Positions 13,616-27,658 of a stretch of 64,000 bases of DNA are shown one piece after another. The stretch is from Trichoplax adhaerens. Taxonomy: Eukaryota; Animalia; Placozoa. Below the pieces are notes generated by a model. That model worked only from the letters and a program-made list of their open reading frames with translations. It did not search any database and was not told where the DNA came from. The stretch's first letter is position 1, and every line of letters begins with the position of its first letter. Location of the stretch: contig NW_002060947.1 of the NCBI RefSeq assembly GCF_000150275.1, positions 3,526,980 to 3,590,979 of the forward strand. The letters are read 5' to 3'. A program made the translations under genes and the position numbers.

Positions 13616-14825
13616 TTGGGTCACCTTCCGGCTCAAATTCATGTAAATTGATATCTAATTTTTAATCTTACTGTATGGGAAGCTAGCCAGTGAGACTAAA
13701 CCCAAGCAATTTATCCTTTCGACAGACCTTCATAGAATTCATTGGGCTAATTGGCAGGCAGAGTAAGCTCCATTACAGTCAACTCCATTATGGTAAACTC
13801 TGGTGGACTCCGGATAATAAGTTAGTCTTTTTGCAAACTCAAATTTACTACCCGTAGAAGGGCATTGTAAAGATGTAATCATTAAGAGATTCTACGGAAA
13901 TTTAGAGCTCAAGTCCTTTTAAGTTTTCATTTTTCTCTACTGACCGAACACAGGGAATACTGGGCAAATTTTGCGGTAACTTCAGGTGATTACTATTGAT
14001 CAAACTTGATAGCTTCCAAAGTAAACTAACAAATCTACTCATCTTAGCTGAATTCGATCATTTCAAGTTGAATGAACTGAAAGTACTGTGCTTATTAGCT
14101 ATTACTACCGATTATGTATCGGCATATCATCAGTATTAATAAGAGAGCAAATGTACTTTTCCTGATTGAGCAAATAAATGATTTATTGCTGTCCTGTACT
14201 TCGTAATTTAAATCAATAGAGCGATCATGAAGTCAAAATACAAAGCCGAGAATAAACTCATTAATCTATTTTTAGCTGTTTAACCAAGATTTTCGTGATT
14301 GTTTTAAACGTCGATATCAAAGCTATTTATTGTCAGGTTGAGTAATACTATATGATTTTTATAACCATGATTCTATTTGATGACCAACTAAATTTTTAGA
14401 CGTAATCGGAGAATCGTCATCAAGTAGAATAATAATCGTAATCCAGTCGTAATACGCACATACACGTATAATAATGTACTAGTCAGTAGTTATTAAAGTA
14501 TGTATTTAAATTAAAATTTGCTATAAAAATAAATATCTATAGGCTTACTATTATCTTCTAAAGGCCTTGTCTAAATTAATACAAAATTAGTATTCTTTAC
14601 TGTTATGATGAGCATAGTGGAATAAAAATTTTGAACTCCATTTTTACGTCTATTTATGTAATTATTTATTATTTATCAGGCACAGATATGCCGTATGGTC
14701 TAACTATAACGATGTGCATGAAGTTAACGCTCATCATTTTGATGTCGTCGTTATCATCGGTCCAAGCGAGCGTTCTTCTAAAACGAATAAGCAATCGTGA
14801 TAGTACCGTAGTTATTCATGAATAA
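13616..14825 (+). CDS. Probable unannotated small-exon gene of unknown function (5' end unresolved)
   Basis: Six consecutive AG..GT-bounded segments (13616-13642, 13726-13762, 13954-13985, 14048-14082, 14276-14336, 14680-14825) splice in phase without stops: GSPSGSNSYLHRIHWANWQAEEYWANFAVTSAEFDHFKLNELKLFNQDFRDCFKRRYQSYLLSGTDMPYGLTITMCMKLTLIILMSSLSSVQASVLLKRISNRDSTVVIHE*. No family recognised. Confidence 0.45.
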
Positions 14826-17137
14826 CTGCTCTAAATCTACTATTCTAACTATAAACCTTGTTAAAAGTAGCAAACTACTTTCTTCTAACACTTTGTATTT
14901 CAAAATTTAATGATCATGAAATGAAGCGATTAATAAAGTATTTTTCGTCAGGAGTTGTTAGTTTTGTATAGTCATAAAATACTAATTATGATATCCTATG
15001 ATGACTATCATAATCCGAAGTTCTTAGTCACTACATCTTTAGACTTTCGAAAGTAAGGAATTCTCAATCTTTAAGTTACTAACAAATGCCTATCTTCTTT
15101 AATGGATCATCCCCATATCGTACACTTACGCACGCTGTACTGTACACTATCAAACTCCTTGAAGGAATTAAAATTTACTTTCAGTCCTCTTATTAGTAAC
15201 TAGACTCCTCATTATAATAACTGTTTAAACTGTATACAGATATTAGAATACTTTCTAATAAATTTCACTCTTCTATTTAATTTCGAGCATCTCATAAGGT
15301 TCATTTCTCCACTTTAAATAAATTACGTAACCAATAAACACGGATGGATCTATAAGTACATAAACCAAATCTGTATTTGATGCGAGATAAAACGGACAGT
15401 TAAAAAAAAAATATTAGTACTGATGAATGAATGACCGTAATTTAATAACGGTTCTACTTGCTGTAACCGCTTATAAAATCATGCTAATTTGTGCTCATGA
15501 CTAGATTAAAATTGGATCGGCATGTAAAAATTCTCGTCGATTGATGGAACAAATCGGCTCTTTTAGACGTCATGACACGCTCTTGAATGATTGACCTTTT
15601 TAAAACATCGATACAATTCCACAAGGAGTAAGCTTGACTGAGATACTGCTCCTATGAAAACTATTGGCACTACATAATTGTGATAGATTTGATTTTTCAC
15701 TACTAACTCGATCATAAATGAGTAAAAAATCTCTTGAGAGTTTTAATAAGTCCCTGGTAACGGCATCATTCGAAATTTTGGTGCGTACCAATATTTTATA
15801 ACAAATACACAGCATGATGATAAATTTATGTGTTTTCTGCTTTCTAAAATAATGATTCCTGGTCTATTCTTGATCTTAAAGTTGCAATCACTATGGTAAA
15901 TTACTTTCCTTACAGTTTTAAAGTCTACGGAATACTGCAATAACTACCAATCAAAGATCATCGAATTGTTCACTTATTGCAGTATACTTATTTTCAGTTA
16001 TCGCTTACCGTTTTAGCCTGATCTTTAATATCTGCTGCAGGCTAATCAAACTCCTTGTTCAGTTTTTTGTGAATAACGTCGTATTAATTTCACGATCAAG
16101 TCAGATGAACTATCGAAAATTACTATCCACTACTGTACTTTTGTAGTAGGAGAAACCTCCTCATCTGTTATTGAAATCAATAAGTCATAATCGCCCCTTT
16201 ATATTTGCAAGGCTAAATTATACAAAAAGACAATAGAAGTAGCCATTAGACTCGTAACAAGTAACTGCTGAAATAGTATAGTAGTTGTTACTAGGTAACA
16301 CTTTAGCCATTGTAAGTCCAATAATAGACTGTTTGTATAATGGTTAATGAAGTAGTCAGATAAAATTGATTTAACGTCTCATTTAAATTCTTCTTGCATG
16401 TATTTCTACTGTTCTACGTGCAATTTCTGGATACCTCAGAGCTTGCAAGCTTACGGAGAGATCAATTTTTTAAAGCGTGGTAGTTACCAAGTATTCTTTC
16501 TAAGAGAAAATGTCTTGATTATATAAATTATTGAACGTTTTATCTCATTCCTTCGCTTCTCGATTTACCTGATATTTTGTGTTTACTGTTGTGCGATATC
16601 ACAACAAAAAGATACCAAAAATAATTTCTAAATGTCATATGACTCGGGCATTTCTCAATTTACTTGTGATATCTTTCTTGATATTACAATATTCAATCAT
16701 AACCATAACGTGTCTTAAAACCGGAACCAAATTTTTTAATATAATTACGATAATATTCCAACAACTAGGCTGGAATAAAAATTCTACAATATTTAGGCAA
16801 ACTACGATAACCGGTAAATTTTTACTTGCATCTATTGTACAAGTATAAGTCACGTTCCTGGTTGAAATTCTTTGTCAAATAGACTATATATACGAATATC
16901 GTGCAAGCAATTGCTTTCCAGATTTTAGAGATATGATAAATTTGCAAATTGTGAAACTAGCAGAAACGATCTGATAAAAAAATATACCATTTGATCGTTG
17001 TAAACAATAGTTAGAATTTAGTAATGAATATTCTAATGGCTATCATGAAGGTAAAATAATGGCTACTTTTAGGAATACAAGTAAATATTAAAGACATAAT
17101 AGTATATAATAACATTCAAACTAATAGTTTTACTGCA

Positions 17138-20100
17138 TTACATTTTATCTACACCGTCAATGCCAAGTAAATGAAAAGATTTTTCCATAATCATAGCAGT
17201 TGCTTCACACAATATTAATCGATTCATATTAATCTTTAAAATTTCGCCCGTTTTCCTATCTTTCTCAATGCAATAGCAGGTATCATAGAATTCAGTAAAA
17301 GTACAAGATAACTCGTACATAAAATCGCATAGCGGATGTAACAATAAGTCATCTAAAATTTTCTCTAGAATCTCAGGAAATCGTAATATTAGTTTAGCTA
17401 ATTTCCACTCTTTAGGATGATCAAATTCAATCGAAGCACTTTCAGCAACTTTCGTCAGTTCTGAAGAGCTAACATTAGCCAATCTTGCAATAGACCTATT
17501 AATATAGAGTCAATTACGAATTTATCACAAATGATGCTCACAAAAGATTTCATGCTATATCATTGCGATATAAAACCAGCGCGTGTAAGCATACTTACCT
17601 AATGCGGGTTAGAGCATATAACAGGTATACGGCCGTATTACCTTTGTCATCAAGCATCTGTAAGAGAGTTAGTAGCTGTTTGTAAAATTATGTGCGTAAT
17701 AGTGGGAAAATATCATAAAAAAATACGACAGAGTTAATACCTTATCGAAGGAGAAAATATAGTCGCCTGTTCTGTTACGCGATAAATCAGCATATTTGAT
17801 ACACCCATAGGCGACAGCTTTAGCAGCAACTTCCAACTCTTCTTTCGATAAAACCTGCATCATCATTTAAACAATAAATTAAATAAATTTTTGTAAATTT
17901 TAATACATGCTATATGTGAAGGACATGCTGCAGTTATAAACTTTTAACCAAAAAACATGCCTCGAACCCACCTTATCTCTTCCTTTATCAATTAGCTTTG
18001 CTTTTGCTCTTCGAATTCCTTCATCTAATAGATCAACCAAGCGGACGGTATCAGTAGATCGAGTCTTAAATTTTTTCCTGATAAGTTGTATACAGGTATT
18101 AGGAATAGTCGAAGTGAGATCTATTATCAGTAATCTATCCGACTAACTTGTCTTCTCCTAAAACAACTCCAAAAGGAACATGAACTACGCGAACGTGTTT
18201 TCTGTTAACGTATCCAACAGCTTCGCTAGCTGAAAATATGATCTCGAAATGCAGGCCCTAGCATTAATAGACGCAAACTATCACTACACAAGTTTTTAAA
18301 TAGTATCCTTCACAGTGACATACTAATAAAGTAACATGAGTATAAAAATCTGCGAACCTGTCCTCCATCAGTAATGTAAATCAGCCAATCTGCCTTTTCA
18401 TCCATAACTCGTTGTCTCATCGCAGCCATATCGGAGGTATCATAAGTGAAGCCTCCATCTGATTTAACGATCGTTAATGGTACTTTTATATTAGGTACTT
18501 TCAATATTTTTCTTCCTTCATCAAGCTCAAGTAGACCTTTAAACGAATTGTAACCAAAGATCAGATGCTCACGAGTATATTGCAAAGTCATCGCCAAATA
18601 AACTGTCCATTATTACAATGTATCAGTTACCTCGTGTATCTAGATCTTTAACGACATCAATCATCATATCCTGATAAAAAGATTCACCACGATTGACTAC
18701 TTTCACGCCAAGCCGCTGATAGATTTTTTCAAATTCTACGATAAATTCCAGATCAGGGATATACGAGTAAGTTACTTTTTAAACTTCAACGGTTATCAAA
18801 TCAGATGTATTGATAGATTCCGAACAGTAAACCTATGATATTTGATAAAGATTTTAGGCCTACCGTTCTTTGATACATCACATATCATCTCCCACGCTTT
18901 AAAATAATCACTTTCACGGGCCTGTAGTTTCACAACAGCTTCATACGCTCTTTTTTTAAATACTGCATCTTCATCAAATCGCACTTTCGCAGCCTGTAAA
19001 ATCAAGGGAATCGAAAATTTGTAATAAAAATAACGTAATGTAGTTGCTCAACTACGAAAGTCATATAAGGTGAATTATATATACAATATATGAAAACCTT
19101 ATAGAAAGCCTGCAAGTCTGCGATTGGAGGTGATTGGTTTAAATATTTTGGGAAAGTGTCACGAAGATGAGCTATTAGCATTCCAAACTGGGTCCCCCAA
19201 TCACCTAGGTGGCTGATTCTATATTTAAAATGAAGTTATCTCGTTTAGAGAATTTATTCTAATTAATGTACACAGATACATGACCATTACAAAATCAGTA
19301 GGCCAAAGTTAGTCTGTAAAATTACGCCTTACCGCACAACGTCATGTCCGACAAATTCCAACAGTCTAGAAATACTGTCCCCTATTATGGTAGATCTAAG
19401 ATGTCCAACATGCATCTCTTTAGCAACATTTGGAGAAGAAAAATCGACAAGAACGCGCATTTTTCGATTCATGACCGGGGGTCTTACTCCATACATGATA
19501 ATGTCGCTTAGTAACGATAAGATAAAATGCTTCTTGATAGTGATATTGATAAAACCAGGTCCAGCTATTTCAGTCTATTACGAAAAGAGATTTTTATCGT
19601 TTAAAATTTTGGGTTTTATTGTACAATATAAACACCTTTACACAAGTCTTATAGTCATATCAAAATCAAAATTATTCAACGATTGAAATAATTTAATATA
19701 AAGTGGTACCTTTTCCAATACGTCATTCGCTGGGAGATGCTGAATAATCTGTTCAGCAACACTACGTGGAGATAAAGATTTACCGTTTTCTTTCAACACC
19801 TGAAAGTTGGACATGTTAATTAGATGCGATTTAAGCTAAAATTATACTATTAATGGGATTGTATGAGCAAGACTACATTCTAATTTCACCTTTGAAAGGA
19901 TCATAGCATTATTGCATTGGTAATCTCCAAATCTTTCTTGAGTAGAAGAGTGTACGATTGCAGAAATCGATACATCTGGAAATGCTTTTACGATTGCCTG
20001 TTCAAAAATTCCTTGTACGACCTTTTGAATATTTGGCATAGCTTTACGCTTTGAAGCTTGCAGAGCTTCCTCTTCCTTTTTGATACTCTATTTTATGTTA

Positions 20101-21744
20101 CAAATCAGAGATTTAAAAGCGCAATTCCAACTGCGAAGTTTGACACTCGTTAAAACACGGTAAGCACAAGATGTAATGATTAGTAATGCAAGGGATTTAA
20201 AATCTGGGAACAAGGTATGCCATCCGAAGCTGCCATTGAGCACAGCTTATAAACCATTATATAGCAGTTATCATGACCACTTTACAGAGTACTATAGATC
20301 AAACGGTAACACACCAATAGATCATAATAGTACGAGTCTTACTCTGTATTACAGTCTGTCTATAGTAAATTTCTTTACTTGCATTTGAGTAAAATTAAAA
20401 ATTAAATAAATTTTGCTATAGCAGTACTATTAGATTACAACGATATAAACAAATTTTTATTATTGTTATCCCTCATATTCTAATATTATATTGCACGACA
20501 ATCAGAAGTTGGCCTGATCCGAATCACAATTATATAATTAAGTCAAGATTTTTATTCAATTGAATACGAAGAGATAGCATATATTATTTCAACTGCTAGA
20601 TAATTACCAGATTCAAATGATAAATTCGATATCTTAATCTGTCATTCTGAGATTTTAGATCATTCACAATCATATCTGTAGCTTTGCCTTGGCTGCTTGG
20701 ATCCGCATCCTTTTCCAACTGCTGGATTAACTTTTTTAATTCTTCGATTTCTGCTTCCTAAGATAGTTACAAGCATCAATTGTTATAATGGTTGACAATA
20801 GTTAGGCACTGTAATGTGACCCTTTTAAATTTAAATTTAGAGTTACAACTAATTAGCTTATTCTCATGTACCTATTACCGTATAATAAGTATAACATAAA
20901 TACGACATGGTACGTATTTTCAAATAGGTACAGGCGGAACTAAAGGAATGACCTATTTGACCGTTGCTTTCATAAGATATATCCGAAAAATCACTACAGT
21001 ATAAAGTGTATAACCATCTTTACTTACTGTAAAATATGCTGCGCTTTTGTTCAGCAAAGTGTACGAAAAACCTATACTAAGATGGTTTGCCAAAAATCTA
21101 GCAGTATACGTAATTAACTACCTGTAACTGTAAAAAGCTAAGAATTGGCCAATAACTATACTATACAAATATACGGCCTTTCATAGTTTAATGATGAGAA
21201 ACGCAAGACAGCTTTACTGTAGCACTTTACTTTATCCGATAAAGAAATGAAGATTTTCATACTGTCTGATATTACTCATCAATAAAAGGTGAAGTTGTCC
21301 ATACTGTGCTGAATCGGATAAAGGTTTAGAAAAGTTTGGCATTACACGAGAGCAAATTTCGTAAATTTCTATTCTTACAGATTCAATTCCCCTTTTTTTT
21401 ATCTCTATGGTTAATTTATAATCTACAGTACATAACTGTACAAGTCTATCATTTACAGTGCAGTAAACTGGCAACATCCCTAATGGTGAATAAAACTCGC
21501 TAATAAAGCTGTATTGATGATTCAAGAAGCTAACGAGTTTTCAAAGCCACACAACAGTGTTGATTTACTACAGTACTGTTGGCAATTTCCTACTGGCAAT
21601 AGGCAGAGATTCCAGATTTAGTCCTTCATACGGCATACAGTTCTATTATATCATCTATTTACATGCACAGTATAGTGCGTATATTGAAAATGTTCTAACC
21701 GTGTTGGACGTCCTTTTAAGTAGATCTTCCATTCTCTTCCTCAT
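17138..21744 (-). CDS. RARS1: Cytoplasmic arginyl-tRNA synthetase with N-terminal leucine-zipper extension, ~14 exons
   Basis: [39 protein letters not shown] (HIGH), [57 protein letters not shown]. The first exon (21744/21732-21700, [15 protein letters not shown]) is inferred by phase and is less certain. Confidence 0.93.
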
Positions 21745-21784
21745 GCGCTAATTTACCGGGATGTCAAGGGAAAGTGAAGGGTCA

Positions 21785-22296
21785 ACACGTTGTGGCTTAG
21801 TATGGATTATGCCACTACTATTAAAAGACCGTGATTACAGTCATTCATAGACCTCTCAGAAACGATCGTACCGTACAGTATTATTGCCCATTTATCTACA
21901 GTACTAATCAGGTACACGTTGCGACTTAGTACTGTACTGTATGGATTACGCCACCACTAAAAGACCGTGATTACAGTCATTCATGGACCTCTCAGAAACG
22001 ATCGTACAGTACAAGTGTACAGTACAGTACAGTACTGTACTGTACTAATCAGGTACAGTACACGTTGCGACTTAGTATGAATTAGCCACCACTAATAAAA
22101 GACCGTGATTGCAGTCATTCAGGGACCTCTCAGAAACGATCATACAGTACAGTACTGTACACTCACAATGCACAGTACTTTATACTGTAGACAACGTACT
22201 GTACAGTGTACTGTACTGTACAGTACACTACATTTACTGTATATTATTATTTATTAATACACTGTATTATTGCCCATTTATCTGTACTAATCAGGT
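21785..22296 (+). repeat. Three direct copies of a ~130 bp unit immediately upstream of RARS1, differentially interrupted by CAGTA/CTGTA insertions
   Basis: Copies start at ~21785, 21914 and 22060; shared core acacgttg..cttagta..gcca.cacta..aaagaccgtgatt.cagtcattca..gacctctcagaaacgatc..gtactaatcaggta. Confidence 0.9.
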
Positions 22297-23544
22297 ACCT
22301 GATAAATCATGATGATAATGCGTACAGTACTGAACACTAACGTACTACAACTAGAAGTAGAACCGTAATACAGTAGGTCACAATCTATTATACTGTGTAC
22401 AGTACATCGATTGAGAATCCTTTCTCTGTGTAGCAGCATCTCTCTCTCTCTAATGAACCTTGAACCTGACGGACTTAGAGTAATAAAGTTCTCCTCTCTG
22501 AAACAGCTTTCTCTCGTCTCAGTCTAGAACTAGAGACATACTGTAGCTTAGCAGCAGTTTATAGCTAATTTGGATGCGAATAGTGGACAGTATTGTACAC
22601 TTAAATGTACAGTACAGTACAGGAGAGTGTACCGCTGCCAACATACAGTACAGTATTCAAACTTGATGTTTCAACATCTCAAACCATGGCTTTTACTTAC
22701 TAGAATTCATACACAAAATTTGGGCAATTCTATCAACATTTTATTCCGTAGCTCAAGTTTTAGATATCAACGAGCGACGGCAAAGTTAGCCGTGAATTTT
22801 TAACTCTAAATAAATAAATTCCATCGCGCGTATTCCAGCCATACATCATCCCTACCTCAGCAACGGTAATCTGCGATTACAGTAAATTGCAGATAGTTTT
22901 CAGACGACGCGGTAAACATGACGTAAAACATGCAGATAATGCGCTCCATCATGAACTGCTAAGATCTTTCAGTAATCTACGTTGTCTCAACTCCATAATT
23001 CATGTAATCAAGTGATCGAACCCGAGATTTATGTAAAACTGCCGCTGTAGGAAAATTCCTTTGTATAGTAATAACTTATTTATTGAGATCTTGGTCTATC
23101 ATGACCCTTGTTAGTTTAATAATTATAATTATATACGTGTATAATTATCGTTGCTAGACAAAATACTCGTTCAATGGAACGATAAACTCGGCATTACAAC
23201 TGCTTTTAACCCTATATGATTTAAATAAACTTGCATTGCTGATAATTAATAAAGAAAATTAATGTGCTAAATTACTGCAGTACTCGTTTATATATACAAA
23301 TTTACTCTTACATACAGTACAGGTATAGTGATTACAATATAAATAATAAATAATGATAACTAGGCCATCAGAGCTTCTCTATTTTAGTTATTGTTAATAG
23401 CGCTACATAACTGGTATAAGGTAGTAAGGTAACAGTCTCTCATACGAGGATGTATATGAGCGCATACGATAGCAATGACTCAGGCTAGTTACAGCTGAAA
23501 TCGCAGTTAAATATTAAACCATTAATCAGATATTCTATCTTTTG

Positions 23545-26500
23545 TTAGAATAAATTCAGAGTAACATTGGCCAAACTATTATGATGAATTGTATGACCAT
23601 TGAAAGCCAGAACTAAACGATAAATAGTCACACTTGTTCCAGTGATACCACATAAGCAGCCCAAAATGATAATAATAATGTCTTTCAAGATCATCCATTT
23701 GGAAACAGGAGGACAATACGAATAATGTGTTCCAATCTCGATCAAAGCAGGGAAAACCAGGCACGCCATGCTGCCCAAAAAAGCTCCAATTAATGAAATA
23801 AATAAACCAAGCTTAGGAACTGCAATCGCTAGAGCAGCTAATTAGATTGATATAACCACGTTAATATCATTGATACATATTAAATTATCACTCTCGTATC
23901 TCGTACAGCACACTGTACTGCTGCTATAAGAGCTACTACTGTGCTTATGCTTAAGATCCTAAAATTAATAAAAACTAAGAACTACACTATTTACCTGTTA
24001 CTATGACCATTATAGTTCGATATGCTAGATCAATTGATCCTTTTTTGATCTCACCAGCCTCAGCTAATGCATTACGTGACAAGTGTGTCAAAACCAGGTT
24101 CGCTGGGACGTAAAATTGCAGCAAATATGAGAGGAAGATGCTTATAGCATACAGACCACGAACACTTAGATATAGACTGAAATAAGCGGATAAATAAAAT
24201 CATCAGATCCCTTTTGAGCAGTTATTTCGCAATGTGGGATTTACATTTGTTTGATAATTTGTCTTGGGAGTTGAAATGTATAATAAACACTATAGCAAAG
24301 CTAACAGGGAATAGAGTTAATATATTTAGAATAATTATACTAAAAGATCTAAGGCGATAAACAAACATAACACCAAAGTAGGAGTTGAATGCCATTCTGA
24401 GTTTAATAACAATTTTGGAAAAATGAAAAATATAGACTTATCAAAATTTTAGTCGGATGAAATACCGTATTATGTAATTCACTTACGGTGTTTTTGGTAA
24501 ATTAAGTGTAATGCTACCCAGACTATAAGAGCCGTAACGAAGATAACCCCCAACAGCCATCAACATGTAGCAGATTGTAATAAAAGTCTGTGCTGCCCAT
24601 AAAACTTTACTAAAATTCTTAGGCTTTTTCATCCTATTTTCTAGTGGAAGAACCTACAACAGAAGCAGTTATGTCTATAAACTCATAAAGTGACTCCATA
24701 TTTATTACTAATTACGACAATCTACAACGAAATGTCTACTAAAGGGCTAGAATAATAAAAATCATAGTTCTATCCACTATAAAAAGATATTACTCACAGC
24801 ACATATGCCTTCAAAAGCAAAAATGATACTTCCAAACGATAGGGGAATAGCATCAAGTGATGCAATTAGTGGTAGCTTTTCTATATGATGAATGCCTTGA
24901 AATATATACTGGTAAATAATGATTAAACCAGTAACCAAGCAAATATTTGCGAAAAATGACATGTAAGACAGGATGTCCAGTGAGCGGATGTAACTGAAAA
25001 CTATAAGGGGAGGCACCAGTAGCAGCATCCATATTTTTACATCAAAATGACCAACTAACTATTATATAAAGAATAGAGCGATTTAAAATTGAATGCCTCC
25101 CGCACATACACCAAGTCACTTACTAACACATGTACTAAAGAGATCACATATAGGTAAACTACATTGAAATATCACATGGTAACATAAATCAATGAGATTT
25201 TTACAGAGTCAAATGTTGTTACATAAAATTTTTATTTACCTGCTTAAGATTTTCAGCCATAAAGAGTATATATGTTGCGCAAAAGCCATACTGCATCATC
25301 CAAATTACACAATTGACAAATTTTCTATCATTTGCGGACGTTTTCAAAATAGAAATTATAAGTTTAAAACTTTTCAAGTACAGTCCTACTTTCAAACCGT
25401 AGTCACAAATAATTTTTAAAGCATTTTCCTTTTGGCGTATAATAAAACAGCCTAAATATTAATAAATTTAAACGCGATACCTATTTATAAAAAAATGATC
25501 TAGTCTACAAATTAATTATTATAATACAGCTTGACTGTTCGTGCGTTTAACTTTTGACGCAAGCTTACTGGATTATTTTAAAGTATTTTGCACAGTAATT
25601 TACTCTCACAATGATTTTAACATTAAACACCTCTAGAAAGCCTTGACTCATTAACTCATCCGGAATGATTTTATGATAACTGATATAAGATACCGCAGTA
25701 AATAAAAAATTACTACAAAAAGGTTAAACTAGAATCATAGTGTTGTGTACTTTACCAGTAGCGCACTTTATCAACTCTATAATCATTTTGCTATGTAATG
25801 CATTCCAACACTCTTAACTAAAAAAGCCATAAGCCTACTTTGTCTTGAAAAATCTATATTTCTTTATACTATGGACTGTTTACAAGAATTATCTCAACGC
25901 AGTTAACAAATTATTGTAATGTAGTATAGTATAATGTAATACATGGTAATCGACTGTTTAACGACAGCATGTTACCTTATAGAATGGATTTTATCATGCC
26001 AATATTTTAAACTAACCTAGCATAAAAAGATTTCTTTGGAAAAATTTTAATAATGCTAAATTCAGCAGTTTTTCCGTAATCAACAGATGGTGCCTTAACA
26101 CTAAATAGGAAAAACGACCGTTTCATAAGTTTAGTTGATATCATCAAAGGCACACTACCGCTTATGTAAATGTATGATTGTTATTATTATAAACCGTTAG
26201 TAAGATTTAAAATGATAAATTAGATAATATTTACTACACTCATATATATTCTTTGAAATACAGTAATACGACTGTATTTATGAAGGAGCATGTTTAGATA
26301 AATGTTCGATATAAGACTTACTTTTTGCTGATGATTTGACTACTTGTAACCAACATATGCATACAATGAGTGGATAAGACAGCCATAAACAAAAGGAGAA
26401 TTGGTCCAAACTAGAAAAGCGGAAATACAGTACTGTAAGTAATATGGATACAGTGCATACGCTATACTGTATAGTGTACAATATCTGCAGTATTGTTCAT

Positions 26501-27658
26501 TGTATTAATTTCCCATCACACAGGTTTACAGCGTAGTGGTCAATCGTAGTGTGTTGCTTAATGATAAATTATAAATCAGGCGACTATACACTGTATACAG
26601 TAATGAAGATAAAGTATAAAATTCTTGCAATCAAGATCGTAATGACAAGTGTAGAGAAAGCACAGTACAAGAACGCACCATATCAATTTACAGTGTACAG
26701 TATTACGGACATAAAAAGGAGAAAAATCAAAATAGTTATACGAATATACCGTATAGCGATATGCTTTCAAGGGATTTTCATTCTATCATATAACTAACTA
26801 CAACAGTATGCTATGCTATTCGAAAATCTGACATTTGTCAAAAAGTTGTAAATCACAAATTTACAGCGAGTACTGCGGTCTAAGGTAATGTTCTGTACTG
26901 TACGTATGAGTATACAGTACTTACCAATAACCCGGAGTTTTTCATAGCAAACGGAAGACCCAATATACCGGTTCCGAGATTGACTTTTACTAAAGTCATA
27001 AATCCTTCCCAATCTCTAATTATATTAGGATTAAAATATGGCAATTACAGTCAGGTAATTTTTAATATTGTGTTGTTACAGTGCTATTAAGATAGTTACT
27101 ATTATAATAATTACATCATATAATGTATGGGAAAACAATACTTTTACAGTAACGGAAAGTGAGATCTTTTTTAATGGACAATAATTTCGTATGAAGGAAA
27201 CATATAATGCAGCGCAATCATTTCATCTTTTCAAAATTAAAAATGCTATTTCACATCAAAGATATATGGTGTATGGAACGAAGAGAAAATCAGTTCTAGC
27301 GTACTAATTTTGAAGGGTAATAAGAAAAATATTATAGCCAATTCCAATTTAAAACCGAGACTGTCAAGTGGTAAACGTAAAGTAGAGAGAGCTAGTGTAA
27401 AAACGGCGGTGTTTCGTATCAAGCTTTAATATTTTAACTTTTCTTTGATTTTATATACTGTACACTGTACAGTACTCGTATATCGACGAAACAATAAAAT
27501 AGACATACTGACCTTAATAATTTGCCTTCATGAACGGTGTCAGTTCGTTCGTCTTCCGGCAGTAATTCTTCGCATTCTTCAGAGTTGATCTCTGAACCAT
27601 ATCCAACGTTATCCACTGGGTTTAATAAAGGTTTACCTAACTTGTTATCATCATTCAT
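23545..27658 (-). CDS. SLC36 / proton-coupled amino acid transporter (PAT), tandem copy A, 9 exons
   Basis: Exons encode LVKVNLGTGILGLPFAMKNSGLLFGP, HCMHMLV, DYGKTAE, QYGFCATYILFMAENLKQ, SFFANI, FGSIIFAFEGICAVLPLENRMKKP, GYLRYG..GSITLNLP, SYLLQFYVP, AIAVPKLGLFISLIGA, LVFPALIE; all in phase. Confidence 0.9.

Noticed and set aside
14250-14320. INSLIYF*LFNQDFRDCFKR resembling GPCR TM7/helix 8
   Set aside because: Spacing is off from NPxxY(x)5,6F, no other TM helices lie upstream, and the TAG is better explained as a splice acceptor.
19387-19686. 99-aa + strand ORF
   Set aside because: Antisense shadow of a RARS1 exon.
22109-22803. ORFs 22109-22312 and 22570-22803, rich in YST/TVQ/CTV
   Set aside because: Translations of the stop-poor CAGTA/CTGTA arrays; no protein family signal.
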